The translations under genes were made by a program, and so were the position numbers. Shown here one piece after another: positions 36,911-46,681 of a DNA stretch of 56,482 bases (positions are counted from its first letter, which is position 1; the number at the start of each line of letters is the position of its first letter). The stretch lies in IMG/VR virus record IMGVR_UViG_3300033485_000014, positions 1 to 56,482 of that record, one strand, 5' to 3'. The DNA comes from a virus (Duplodnaviria; Caudoviricetes). A model generated the notes under the pieces. It did not search any database and was not told where the DNA came from. It saw nothing but the letters and a program-made list of their open reading frames with translations.

Positions 36911-37728
36911 TACGCGCGCCCCTGGAAGGCCTCAATCGTGCACGTGAACGTCGTGCTGTTTGCTGACGGCGTGAACGCTGTCAGCGTCTGCAACAATCCG
37001 TAGAGAGTCTTGGCTCCTGACGTTGGCCGAACCATCAGGTCAGCCCCATCTTCCGGAACGCACGTCGCGACCGAGCCATCTGAGAACAGTCTGAACGATC
37101 CCGTGAGCGACCCCACGAAAGAGCCTTGTTTCGTGCTGAATGCGGCGTTATCGCCACCGACCACGCCAGAACTGGCCGTCGGATCGCTGCGATACAACCA
37201 GATTCGGAACGTCGCACTTGCGGTCCCTGGACCAGTATCCGTGCTGGCAATGCGGATGCGCCGCACCACAACGGGCGCGTCGTTCGTGTCCGACACGGTC
37301 CACACAATTGGCGTTACACTGCCCGCGGTCGCGCTGTTCGACACAGCATCATTCGCCGCGTAGGCATCCGTGTTCGCTGGACGAGTCACCGCCGATGCGT
37401 CAGCCACTGCGGTGCGCGCGAGCCCCGTAACGGCAGCAATCTCGGTTGACTGATTCGTCGCCGTAGCCAAGCCGGCGTCGGACGCAGGAACAACAGACAT
37501 GCTTGCGGCGCCCGTCGTCTGCCCTAGCGCAGCCGGAAGCTTTGCAGACATTGCGGTAACGTGACCGTCAAGAGCGTCTTGTTTTGCTGATGTGGCAATC
37601 CCCGATGTGCCAACTACGACCGTAGCTGACACCGGAAGCGGATTGTCACTGTCTACTTCGATGACGTCGTTGTCTGAATTGCGGAACGAGGCCGGTGTAG
37701 TGGGCCTGAAGTCTCTTGTTTTTGCCAT
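36910..37728 (-). CDS. Structural-like protein (Ala/Thr/Ser-rich linker plus beta-sandwich)
   Basis: NPLPVS, ATSAKQD, TRPANTDAYAAND, LYGLL. Confidence 0.6.
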   Translation of the reverse strand: MAKTRDFRPTTPASFRNSDNDVIEVDSDNPLPVSATVVVGTSGIATSAKQDALDGHVTAMSAKLPAALGQTTGAASMSVVPASDAGLATATNQSTEIAAVTGLARTAVADASAVTRPANTDAYAANDAVSNSATAGSVTPIVWTVSDTNDAPVVVRRIRIASTDTGPGTASATFRIWLYRSDPTASSGVVGGDNAAFSTKQGSFVGSLTGSFRLFSDGSVATCVPEDGADLMVRPTSGAKTLYGLLQTLTAFTPSANSTTFTCTIEAFQGRA

Positions 37729-37803
37729 GTACCAGGCTCCCTTTTGGCTTGACTTGCCCGGAGCGTAGCGCAAAACTCAAGGCGTGTCACCCCAGGAAAC
37801 AGC

Positions 37804-38154
37804 ATGATCCTGATGAATTCAGACTCGAGAAGAGAGCGGATTGAGCAGCTGGCGCTCACGCGAGCCGACCAGGTGTCGAGGCTCGGCGGAGCGCTCAAGG
37901 TGGCCATCGGAGCAGCGCTCGGGCTTTCCGCGGGCCTGGCATCTGCCTACGCCTGGGCACACGGGAAAGTGGACAGGTCCGAGGTTGCAACTGTCCAAAC
38001 GTCGATGCATGCACTATCGGAGCGAATGGCGAAGCTGGAAGGGAAGACGGACGCTATTATCACTCAGAATGAGCAAGCGTTGCGATTGCTCAAGACACTC
38101 GACGGATGCGACGTTAGGCACACGCTTCGATTCGAAGCAGAAGGATCACGGTAA
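37804..38154 (+). CDS. Single-TM coiled-coil protein (lysis cassette)
   Basis: One hydrophobic helix followed by a coiled coil. Confidence 0.55.
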   Translation: MILMNSDSRRERIEQLALTRADQVSRLGGALKVAIGAALGLSAGLASAYAWAHGKVDRSEVATVQTSMHALSERMAKLEGKTDAIITQNEQALRLLKTLDGCDVRHTLRFEAEGSR

Positions 38155-38819
38155 TGAACACAAGTATTGCGATTCTGGTTGGCATAGCAAACACGATCAT
38201 TCTCACGCTAATTACGGCGCTGGGCCCGAGCACAAATAGGTTCCGCACCATCCCTGTCGCATGGCGAGCCGTGATCGTTGCCGTGCTGTCAATCGCGTCA
38301 GGTGGCCTCGAACACGTGCTGAACGACGGTTCTACGTGGCAGATGGCATTCCTTACGGCGGTGGCGTCGGGAATAGGTGGGCTCGTCAAGGTGCTCATTG
38401 AAGCGCTAGACTCGAGTCCAGCAGCGTCGTCAGCAATTCGGAATTCATCAGCAAGAATCGGCGGTGTTCTGTTGCTCGCACTTGCTAGCATCGGATGCGG
38501 AGGGAGCTTCGAAGAGGCCAAGGTGGCTGGACGAGCCTATCGAGCGACGGGGGCCACAACTGCTCCGGACGGTGTCACATGCATCCAGCTCGATGACTCA
38601 AGGTTGTTCTGGAGTGGGACGGCAAAGGTTGCTGCCACACTCTCTGGCGCTCAAGGGATCGCTATTCTTCCAATCCCATACGCCAACGACGGAGCTCGAA
38701 TCGCACTGGCCGCGGGTGCGCTAGGGGCCACATCGATAGCCGTGTTTGCTGCCGTTGTGTCTGACGGCAAGGCCGCGCAGTGGGCCCGCTACTGTAGTGA
38801 CATGGGAGGTGCACAATGA
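38154..38819 (+). CDS. Multi-TM holin-like protein with internal lipobox-like segment
   Basis: About three N-terminal hydrophobic helices; LLLALASIGC. Confidence 0.5.
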   Translation: MNTSIAILVGIANTIILTLITALGPSTNRFRTIPVAWRAVIVAVLSIASGGLEHVLNDGSTWQMAFLTAVASGIGGLVKVLIEALDSSPAASSAIRNSSARIGGVLLLALASIGCGGSFEEAKVAGRAYRATGATTAPDGVTCIQLDDSRLFWSGTAKVAATLSGAQGIAILPIPYANDGARIALAAGALGATSIAVFAAVVSDGKAAQWARYCSDMGGAQ

Positions 38820-39628
38820 AGATCGGTCGTTACCACGGCGGATGCGTCCCTTCTCCCGAAGGCGTTCGTGGAACCCACGAGTCATCGCGCATGCTCGGCA
38901 TGCTCCTATCAACCCCGAACGAAGTTGACCAGTCTCATCTATTGCCTGAAGTTCTTGATCAGGGAGGGAAGGGGGCTTGCACTGGATTCGGCGGTTCAAC
39001 AGAACCGATCTGGGCAGCAATGAACGCAGCTGCGTTCGCGGCCGGATTGCCAGTCGTTGAACGACCATCGCCCGATTGGGCGTATCTGATCGGTCGATCG
39101 CTCGGCGGGAATCTGTCCGAGGATTCCGGTGCGTCAATCTCAAACGTACTCGACGGCGCTAGACTGATGGGTTCTGTCAAGGAATCGCAATGTCCCTATC
39201 TCGACTCTCGTCTCAATCCAGACAGGGACGCATGGCCGGCATTGGGGAGACTTGCCAACGACCAGCGAATTCTTGACGGCACCGCTCGCATCACGGAGAC
39301 GGGTCCGGCAATGATCGATGCGCTTCGGGCCGCGCTTGCCGGCGGGTATCTACCGGCGTTCGGGACCGATGTGGACGATGCGTTCGAATCGCTCGCCGCG
39401 AAAACGGTATGGCTTGGATGCAGGGGCCAGTCGCTCGGAGGTCACGCTCTTTGCTTGACAGGATACAGGACCGTCAACAGTCGTACGCAGTTCCGCATAC
39501 GAAACAGCTGGGGAGTCGGATGGGGCGACGGGGGCTCATGCTGGTGCGACCAGAGCGCCGTGGCCGGATTCTGGGATGTGTGGATCGTGAAGAGTGCTCC
39601 GTCTTGGAGCGGGACGGAGGACAAATGA
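38816..39628 (+). CDS. Papain-family (C1) cysteine peptidase
   Basis: DQGGKGACTGF (Cys), GGHALCLTGY (His), RNSWGVGWGDGG (Asn). Confidence 0.93.
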   Translation: MKIGRYHGGCVPSPEGVRGTHESSRMLGMLLSTPNEVDQSHLLPEVLDQGGKGACTGFGGSTEPIWAAMNAAAFAAGLPVVERPSPDWAYLIGRSLGGNLSEDSGASISNVLDGARLMGSVKESQCPYLDSRLNPDRDAWPALGRLANDQRILDGTARITETGPAMIDALRAALAGGYLPAFGTDVDDAFESLAAKTVWLGCRGQSLGGHALCLTGYRTVNSRTQFRIRNSWGVGWGDGGSCWCDQSAVAGFWDVWIVKSAPSWSGTEDK

Positions 39629-39978
39629 AAGCGTCAATCGTTGCTGCAATTGTGCTGTCCGGACTGAGCGCTCAGGGCTGCCCTCCCTCACCCGTGACGC
39701 CAGACGGAGGCGGCGGCGGGGCAGGGGGAGCCATCGTGCAAGACGGTGGGCCCGTAGTGGGCACCGGCGGATCTGCTCCGATCTGCACTACGCCGTGCTG
39801 CGCAACGTGCGCGATCCTGGCCTCCCACGGCTGTCCCGAGAGCAAGCCGACCGCGAAGGGAACCTCGTGTGAGGTCGTTTGCGGCAACGCTGAGAACGTG
39901 CTGCCATGGCCAAAGCTCCGCAGCGATCCAGCGCTATCAGTGATTCGAGTGGATTACAGGTGCTCTGGCGGATACTGA
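39625..39978 (+). CDS. Cys/Gly-rich lipoprotein
   Basis: Signal peptide MKASIVAAIVLSGLSAQG-C; poly-Gly linker; multiple Cys. Confidence 0.65.
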   Translation: MKASIVAAIVLSGLSAQGCPPSPVTPDGGGGGAGGAIVQDGGPVVGTGGSAPICTTPCCATCAILASHGCPESKPTAKGTSCEVVCGNAENVLPWPKLRSDPALSVIRVDYRCSGGY

Positions 39979-40014
39979 CTGCTCGATGTCCGTCCGTACG
40001 AAAGAGAGGCGTGT

Positions 40015-40635
40015 ATGCGGTACTCGTGGCGTATCGACGCGGAGACTCGACTCATCATCGTTCGAACGGACGACGGGCCCGAGTGGACCCCCAAGACCGA
40101 GAAGTACGCGGCGGCGCTCGCCAAGGTCGATCAGCAGTGGCGAGCGCTAGCAACCCCAATCGCCGAGCGGCACGGCCTCGACGTGGAAGGCGTCCTTGCC
40201 CAGGTCATGCAGGAGAGCAGCGGAAACCCTCGCGCGTTCCGGCGAGAGCCAAACGGCTGGACGGGCGTTGGGCTCATGCAGATCACCCATCCCTCGATCA
40301 AGGCCGGGCACACGGATGCCGAGCTCTTCGAGCCCGCTCGGAACCTGGAGATCGGGACGAGCTACACAGCAGCGCTCGCCCGCCGGTACCAGACTGAGCA
40401 GGGCTTGCCGGACTGGCCGTGCGTGTTCGCTGCCTTCAATGCGGGCAGCTGTCGCCCGAACCCAAAGAGCCCGTGGAACCTCTTCTGTTACGGCAACCAC
40501 GTCGACGCTGAAGTTGCATTCTACAATACGCTCATTCTGGCGCGATTAACAGAGACGAGCGATATGGCGCAGCGTGCAGCCGAGTTGCAGTTTGACCTAG
40601 CGTCAACGCTGGATCTGACGCCACACCATTCATAA
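40015..40635 (+). CDS. SLT-type lytic transglycosylase (endolysin)
   Basis: QESSGNP, GLMQI, NLEIGTSY, AAFNAG. Confidence 0.92.
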   Translation: MRYSWRIDAETRLIIVRTDDGPEWTPKTEKYAAALAKVDQQWRALATPIAERHGLDVEGVLAQVMQESSGNPRAFRREPNGWTGVGLMQITHPSIKAGHTDAELFEPARNLEIGTSYTAALARRYQTEQGLPDWPCVFAAFNAGSCRPNPKSPWNLFCYGNHVDAEVAFYNTLILARLTETSDMAQRAAELQFDLASTLDLTPHHS

Positions 40636-40666
40636 GCAAAGGGCCCCTTTCGAGGCCCAGTGCTTT
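40634..40666. terminator. Hairpin between convergent genes, probable terminator
   Basis: GGGCC-N8-GGCCC flanked by AAGCA/TGCTT. Confidence 0.5.
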
Positions 40667-40759
40667 CTGGTCGACTGAATTTTTCAGGTAGCTTTGGGGC
40701 TGGTCGCGTACCTTTCTTTGGTTGATGTTTCGTTCACCGCCGGCGGATGCCGGAGGAGT

Positions 40760-41707
40760 CTACGCTGGCATCCTCGCTTTCGCGACGTCGCTAGCCTGCT
40801 TCAGCTTTGCCTTCTGTTCATTCGAGGCACGAGGCCAGAAAAGTTGCCGATCCTTCTCTCGCGCATCGAAGTCGGCTTGTGTTTTCGCGTTTGCGTACCC
40901 GCTGACAATCGCCTTGATGTCGCCATCGTTCGGAGTGCCGGTGCACCACTTGGCTAGATCCTCCCCAATCTGCTCGTTCAGTTGGACGTCGTCGTTCGGG
41001 AAGATGTGGCGGAACTGGTTCGGAAGCTTGAACACCTCACGCTCCGCTTGCTGCTCCGCTGTCCAGCGAGGTTTACCATCGGAGCCAGGCGGCAGTAGGC
41101 AACGGAGCATCATCTCGTAGACCAGATCGTCGGCCGTGATCGGTTGCCATCCAAGGTCGACCGCCTCACGCTTGCCACCGAGCTTCGTTGCCTTGATCGT
41201 CATCTTCGGCTTACTGCGGAAGCACATGACAGTCATGACGTTGGAGCGAGTGATCGCCTGTCGGAATCGGCCATGTTCAGCTTTGGGACGGGCCCATGCG
41301 GGGAAGTTCATTCGTTCGCGCTTCCCCATGTCCTCCCCGCACATCCGGTCAAGCTCGGCCTCGTGCATGTCGAGCACCCCGCCCTCGCCTTCCCACTCAT
41401 GGGAAGCCGAATCGTAGACCACGACGGTAGCGCCGTTGCGCACGGCGACATCGAACGCAGCAGTGTATCGGGCTGGCGTGTATGGCGGATCGAATGGGAT
41501 GTGGCGGAACTTGAAGTCGCTCGCGTAGTGAAGTCCGCGCTTGTTCTCGGTGTCGATCATCGTGATGTGGCCGCCGATAATGCGAACGATGCCGGTGGCA
41601 AGACGCATTGCGGAGTAGGTTTTACCAGATCCGGACGGGCCCACGAGACCGATGAGGAGCGACGTAGGGCCGCGAACGGCGAGAGATTCGGTGAATTCGG
41701 GGATCAC
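40760..41707 (-). CDS. Sak4-like AAA ATPase (phage single-strand-annealing recombinase)
   Basis: GPSGSGKT, IDTEN, DSASHEWEG.GG; adjacent exonuclease. Confidence 0.85.
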   Translation of the reverse strand: MIPEFTESLAVRGPTSLLIGLVGPSGSGKTYSAMRLATGIVRIIGGHITMIDTENKRGLHYASDFKFRHIPFDPPYTPARYTAAFDVAVRNGATVVVYDSASHEWEGEGGVLDMHEAELDRMCGEDMGKRERMNFPAWARPKAEHGRFRQAITRSNVMTVMCFRSKPKMTIKATKLGGKREAVDLGWQPITADDLVYEMMLRCLLPPGSDGKPRWTAEQQAEREVFKLPNQFRHIFPNDDVQLNEQIGEDLAKWCTGTPNDGDIKAIVSGYANAKTQADFDAREKDRQLFWPRASNEQKAKLKQASDVAKARMPA

Positions 41708-41949
41708 TTCTCCTCCAATCCCAACAGGTAATCACTTGTGACGCCGAGCGCTTTCGAGAGCCAAATGATCGTCATCGTGCCTGGGAGCACGTGGTCATGC
41801 TCGTATGTAGATATCGATGACGACTTGATCCCGCACTGAAACTCGAGTTCCTTTTCGCTCATTCCGGCGCGCATCCGAGCGCCCCGAAGTCGCGCACCGA
41901 ATCCGGGAAGCGCACCGCGGCGCTTGGACATGAGCACGTAGTTCCTCAT
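41704..41949 (-). CDS. XRE-family HTH regulator
   Basis: FGARLRGAR...ISTYE...P...LSKALGVTSDYLLG. Confidence 0.9.
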   Translation of the reverse strand: MRNYVLMSKRRGALPGFGARLRGARMRAGMSEKELEFQCGIKSSSISTYEHDHVLPGTMTIIWLSKALGVTSDYLLGLEEK

Positions 41950-42752
41950 TCTCCCAACTCCGCGTAGAACTCAGCGTCCGCATTCATCTCTTCGGTGAAC
42001 GCCCATGGTTGTGGCGCAATGTCGACGATGCCGGTTGTGTACTCTGGCCACATGTTGCACGCGAGACAGGCGTCCCATATGCGCAATGCGCGTGCCCACC
42101 GCTGTCGCCCCATCTGCTTGAACAGCGCATCCGGCCGCCCGATCGTGATGCAGTGTGGCGGCTCAATCTCAGCGAACACCCAAACGAAGTCCGGATCCTG
42201 TGCCCAGCCCTGCGCCACGAACGCATCGCAATAACCGGCGTATTGGATGTCGTAGCCGAGATTATAGATGTCCCTGGACACGTGCTTCGGATGCGCGCAG
42301 GACGTCGTCTTCAGTTCGACGATGCGCGGGTAGTCCAGGTGATCCATCTCGCAGTGGCAGAGAACGGAGCCTGCACGAGTCGGCTGACGCCACTCGAATC
42401 TTCGGTTCGATTCCCCGGCCAGAACGATCCCCTCTCGGCGCATCCGATCGATGATGCGGTTCGCGATCTCGAGCAGCTCGTCCAGTTGCCGTTGCAACAT
42501 CGGGATCCGATGTGCGGCTCGCTGCTCAGCGCGCCAGATCTGCGCCTCCTTCGTCCTCCAATCCGGCTTGTCGATAGCCACGATTCTGTGGCCCCCGAAC
42601 ACGAGCTCGTGGATGGCGTTGCCGGTGTCCATCTCCGAGGAAGGCTCGCGGTACGGCTCATTCCCCAGATCGCGCTTTGCAAGATAGGCGTGCCTTGCCG
42701 AATCGAGCAGCAGCGTGCGCGCGATCGTTGGATTGAACGCGACCTCGGTCAC
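41946..42752 (-). CDS. PD-(D/E)XK exonuclease, RecE/DUF3799-like
   Basis: GNAIHELV, D...IVELKTT, GYDIQYAGY, FVWVFAE. Confidence 0.85.
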   Translation of the reverse strand: MTEVAFNPTIARTLLLDSARHAYLAKRDLGNEPYREPSSEMDTGNAIHELVFGGHRIVAIDKPDWRTKEAQIWRAEQRAAHRIPMLQRQLDELLEIANRIIDRMRREGIVLAGESNRRFEWRQPTRAGSVLCHCEMDHLDYPRIVELKTTSCAHPKHVSRDIYNLGYDIQYAGYCDAFVAQGWAQDPDFVWVFAEIEPPHCITIGRPDALFKQMGRQRWARALRIWDACLACNMWPEYTTGIVDIAPQPWAFTEEMNADAEFYAELGE

Positions 42753-43153
42753 AGCGGGGCCTCGTCGTCCGATTCGACGGGTTTCAGCTCGCTCACGTCC
42801 GTGTCGTGCTGCTCGGCCGGGGGAGGCTCGGGGGCGCGGTAGAGTGAGTATTCGCTGGTCGACTTCCGAATCGAGATAAGACGATCGAGTGGACAACCGT
42901 ACGGCTGTATCGCATCCTTCAGATCGTTGAGACAGTACCCGATCGCTTTCGCCAAAGCATCGTCGAGAATATTGCGGACCAGTTGCCGCGCCGGGCCTGC
43001 CACGGAGGCAAGCGTTTGCGCTCGTCCCACTAGATCGTGATAGTCGTCGACGGATGGCTCCTTGTTATCATCGGCAATCTGCTCGACGCTCTCCAGTGCG
43101 CTCAGCAGCTCGCCCCGCTCACGGATCTTCCCTCTCTCGCTCTCGCTCAGCAT
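42749..43153 (-). CDS. Hypothetical protein
   Basis: GAGG RBS; coupled to the exonuclease gene. Confidence 0.6.
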   Translation of the reverse strand: MLSESERGKIRERGELLSALESVEQIADDNKEPSVDDYHDLVGRAQTLASVAGPARQLVRNILDDALAKAIGYCLNDLKDAIQPYGCPLDRLISIRKSTSEYSLYRAPEPPPAEQHDTDVSELKPVESDDEAPL

Positions 43154-43159
43154 GTGGCA

Positions 43160-43250
43160 CCTCAATTGGTGCAGGTGTGCACCGCGCAGCGCGCCAAGTC
43201 AAGCACAATTTTTTGCTTGACACGTGGCATGGCGCTCGCGCACATTCACG
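43160..43250. promoter_or_regulatory. Divergent promoter/switch region
   Basis: Between the leftward recombination operon and a rightward HTH gene; TTGACA; AAGCA-N8-TGCTT. Confidence 0.5.
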
Positions 43251-43252
43251 CG

Positions 43253-43483
43253 ATGAAAAACGAAACATCGTTCCAGCGCCGCGTTCGTGCGGCGCTGGAA
43301 AATAAAACACGGGTCGAACTCGCGGCGGAGGTCGGCGTCGATCGATCCGTGGTCAGCAAATGGCTAACCGGAATCACGTTCCCAGGTGTGTCGCATCTTG
43401 CGGCGGTGGCTCGAGCGTTCGGGGTGAGCCTGGAATCGCTCACGAACATCATCGAGGAGAGCAGGGGGAAGCGATGCCGGTAG
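43253..43483 (+). CDS. Cro/CI-type HTH regulator
   Basis: ELAAEVGVDRSVVSKWLTG..FP...LAAVARAFGVSLESL. Confidence 0.88.
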   Translation: MKNETSFQRRVRAALENKTRVELAAEVGVDRSVVSKWLTGITFPGVSHLAAVARAFGVSLESLTNIIEESRGKRCR

Positions 43484-43700
43484 TGCCCTTCAACGGAGCG
43501 CACGTCATCGGCAGCGGTTACGACAGCTTCGCGCGGGCCATCTTCGGCGTACTCCACTGCCAGGAGATCGTCGGTCACTGCGAACGACCGGAGCAGTTTC
43601 AGCAAGTGCGAGACTTCGCGTTCGACCAGTCGCCGGGCGGCGTTCAGGCAGAGCTGAACCGGCTCGCTCGATACATCGATGATACGTTTGGACACGGTGG

Positions 43701-45152
43701 GTGGTGAGCGTGGGCACCTACGAAGAATTCATTGCTTCCAAGCGGTTCGCCGATCCTCCGACAGGAATCACGCACGACGTCGACATCAATCCGATGCTCT
43801 TCGAATGGCAGCGTGACATCGTGCGATGGGCGTTGCGCCGAGGACGCGCAGCGATGTTCGAGGACTGCGGCCTAGGGAAAACTGGGCAACAGCTCGAATG
43901 GGCCAAGCATGTCGCGTACTCCTCGGACCCGGGAGGCCACGTCCTCATTCTGACTCCTCTTGCTGTAGCTCAGCAGACAGTGCGCGAGGCCGAGAAGTTC
44001 GGAATCCAACGGGTCAACTACGTCCGATCTCAGGAGGAGATCGGGGGCGACTTCGGCATCTGGATCACGAACTACGAGATGCTGGACCGGTTCGATCCGT
44101 CGATGTTCCGTGGAGTGGTGCTTGACGAGTCAAGCATACTCAAGAGTTTCGACGGCTCCACTCGGACGAAGCTCATCGAAGCGTTTCGCGAGACTCCGTT
44201 CCGACTCGCGTGCACCGCCACGCCCGCACCTAATGACCATATGGAGCTCGGTAACCACGCCGAGTTTCTTGGCGTCATGACGCGCGCTGAGATGTTGTCG
44301 ATGTTCTTCGTTCACGACGGGGGCGAGACTCAGAAGTGGCGCATCAAGGGCCATGCTCGCGACGCATTCTGGAAGTGGGTATGCAGCTGGGCGGTGAACC
44401 TGCGGAAACCGTCAGACCTGGGCTATTCTGATGACGGGTTCATACTTCCGAAGCTACACATCCACCACCACGTCGTCGAGTCCGATATGGAAACGGCCCG
44501 TCAGCAAGGACTTCTGTTCCAACTCGAGGCTCGCACATTGGCCGAGCGCCGCAGTGCGCGGAAGGCTTCGACGGACGCAAGAGTGGCTCTCATCGCCGAG
44601 ATGGTGAACCACTCAACAGATCCGTGGCTCGTATGGTGCAACCTGAACGCGGAAGGCGACGCACTCGAGAAGGCAATACCGGACTCGGTGCAGGTGGCTG
44701 GCTCAGATTCGATTGATGACAAGTCAGAACGGTTGCTAGGGTTTGCTGCTGACAAGTACCGCGTACTCGTTACCAAAAGTAAAATAGCAGGTTTTGGCAT
44801 GAATTGGCAACACTGCGCAAACGTCGCATTCTGCGGACTCTCCGATTCCTGGGAACAGTACTACCAGGCCATTCGGCGATGCTGGCGCTTTGGCCAGAAG
44901 AACGAGGTCCACTGCCACATCGTGACGAGCGACGCAGAGGGGGCCGTTGTGGCGAACATCCAGCGGAAGGAAGCGGAGGCGGCGGAGATGGCGGCGGAGA
45001 TGATCGCGAACATGTCGGTTGCCAACTCAGAAGCGCTGCGAGGAACGCGCAGGGACTCGGTGGCGTATGAGCCGAGGGTGGAGATGCGAATACCGGAATG
45101 GCTGAAGGGAGGATGCGGTGAAACTGACGGACTTCCGACGATCGAACACTAG
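43701..45152 (+). CDS. SNF2-like SF2 helicase (methyltransferase-associated)
   Basis: DCGLGKT, LDESS, TATPAPND, GFGMNWQ, QAIRRCWRFGQ. Confidence 0.93.
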   Translation: MVSVGTYEEFIASKRFADPPTGITHDVDINPMLFEWQRDIVRWALRRGRAAMFEDCGLGKTGQQLEWAKHVAYSSDPGGHVLILTPLAVAQQTVREAEKFGIQRVNYVRSQEEIGGDFGIWITNYEMLDRFDPSMFRGVVLDESSILKSFDGSTRTKLIEAFRETPFRLACTATPAPNDHMELGNHAEFLGVMTRAEMLSMFFVHDGGETQKWRIKGHARDAFWKWVCSWAVNLRKPSDLGYSDDGFILPKLHIHHHVVESDMETARQQGLLFQLEARTLAERRSARKASTDARVALIAEMVNHSTDPWLVWCNLNAEGDALEKAIPDSVQVAGSDSIDDKSERLLGFAADKYRVLVTKSKIAGFGMNWQHCANVAFCGLSDSWEQYYQAIRRCWRFGQKNEVHCHIVTSDAEGAVVANIQRKEAEAAEMAAEMIANMSVANSEALRGTRRDSVAYEPRVEMRIPEWLKGGCGETDGLPTIEH

Positions 45153-45312
45153 ACAGTGGCTGTCGGTCAAGGAGATGTTATGCGAACTTGACTGTCAGCC
45201 GTGGATCACTTTCGTTCCAGTGTTTGCTAATGATAACAGTATTCGATGGGGCAAGGTGTTTCCGTTCGGTCTTCATTGTGCGATGATGCGAACTTTGGGC
45301 GCCTTGAGATAG
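45118..45312 (+). CDS. Small hypothetical protein between helicase and MTase
   Basis: GGAGG RBS; AT-richer than its neighbours. Confidence 0.4.
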   Translation: MKLTDFRRSNTRQWLSVKEMLCELDCQPWITFVPVFANDNSIRWGKVFPFGLHCAMMRTLGALR

Positions 45313-45313
45313 G

Positions 45314-46219
45314 GTGAATTACATGAATGTGAACAATCAATGTGAAGGCAACGGATGGTGGATGTATCACGCTGACAACGTGGAAGTGATGCGTTCACTG
45401 CCAGAGAACAGCGTTGGCTTCTCCGTCTACTCACCACCTTTTGCTAGCCTATATTGTTACAGCGCTTCAGATCGCGACATGGGGAATTGCCGCACGCATC
45501 AAGAATTTTATGACCACATTGCGTTCCTGATGCCCGAGCTTCTTCGCGTTACGGCGCCAGGCCGCAACATGAGCATTCACGCCATGGATCTCCCTACATC
45601 CAAAACTCGCGACGGAGTCATTGGGCTATCCGACTTCCCGGGCGAACTCATTCGCGCTGCCGAGCGCGCTGGTTGGATCTGGCATTCGAAGGTGACCATC
45701 TGGAAGGATCCGGTCACCGCCATGCAGCGAACGAAGGCCCTCGGGCTGCTCTGGAAGCAGCTATGCAAGGACTCGACGATGTCCCGCATGGGCATCCCCG
45801 ACTACGTGCTGACCTTCCGCAAACCGGGCACGAACGCGAATCCTGTGGCGCATACGAAGGAAGAGTTCCCTGTGTCGCTTTGGCAGAAGTGGGCCTCGCC
45901 AATCTGGGACGATATCAATCCCAACGACACGCTTCAGTATCGGAGCGCTCGCGAGGAAAAGGATGAGAAACATTTGTGCCCATTGCAGTTGGAAGTGATT
46001 CGTCGTTGCGTCCAGCTCTGGTCCAACCCAGGCGATGTGGTACTGTCGCCGTTCGCTGGCATCGGCTCCGAGGGAGTGATCGCCGTCGAGAACGGGCGCA
46101 AGTTCGTCGGCGTCGAGCTCAAGCAATCGTACTATGAACAGGCTGTTAAAAACATCCAGGCGGCCGAGCCGAAGGCGGCAGGGAAGCAAATGTCACTGCT
46201 GGAAGCGTGCGAGGAATGA
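45314..46219 (+). CDS. DNA amino-methyltransferase (N4-C/N6-A, beta class)
   Basis: SPPF catalytic motif preceding the PFAGIGS SAM-binding motif; HLCPLQ. Confidence 0.92.
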   Translation: MNYMNVNNQCEGNGWWMYHADNVEVMRSLPENSVGFSVYSPPFASLYCYSASDRDMGNCRTHQEFYDHIAFLMPELLRVTAPGRNMSIHAMDLPTSKTRDGVIGLSDFPGELIRAAERAGWIWHSKVTIWKDPVTAMQRTKALGLLWKQLCKDSTMSRMGIPDYVLTFRKPGTNANPVAHTKEEFPVSLWQKWASPIWDDINPNDTLQYRSAREEKDEKHLCPLQLEVIRRCVQLWSNPGDVVLSPFAGIGSEGVIAVENGRKFVGVELKQSYYEQAVKNIQAAEPKAAGKQMSLLEACEE

Positions 46220-46336
46220 ACGCAACGGAGGAAATACGTAAACGCTGGAGCCTGCTGCGACTCATGCGGGACAGCGGAGGCGAAGCGATGAAAGACGAGC
46301 GTGGTCCTCTTCCGAGGACTGAAAGGAGCGAGCGAC

Positions 46337-46666
46337 ATGAGAGGTGTGAGGATACCATTGGAGAAACCGAAGTCGATCACGGCACGCAGAATCGATACGG
46401 GAATGGTCGAGACATCCGTATCAAGTGCCACCGCCGCGCCGAATGCGGAGACGACTGCTGGCCCTGCCCATACGACGCCATTGACTGATCTCGCTCGCGA
46501 ATGCGACGCAGCCAATGATGCAGTGGGTGCGGCTCGGCGGGCGCACAACGACGCGCAGCGGCTTCTGGCGAATGCGCTGGTGGAATTGCGCAACGCCGAG
46601 ATTCGCGCCGCTGCCGCGAAACATGCGCTGGAGATGGCGCTGAAGAATGGATCGGTGGGTGAGTGA
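46337..46666 (+). CDS. Coiled-coil hypothetical protein
   Basis: AGGAG RBS. Confidence 0.5.
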   Translation: MRGVRIPLEKPKSITARRIDTGMVETSVSSATAAPNAETTAGPAHTTPLTDLARECDAANDAVGAARRAHNDAQRLLANALVELRNAEIRAAAAKHALEMALKNGSVGE

Positions 46667-46681
46667 CTTTTGGAGGACACT

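Noticed and set aside
35822-37803. Mu G-segment-like invertible tail fibre cassette
   Set aside because: No invertase gene or flanking inverted repeats seen
43474-43707. Assigning a gene between the HTH and helicase
   Set aside because: Plausible ORFs exist on both strands and I cannot decide between them from sequence alone
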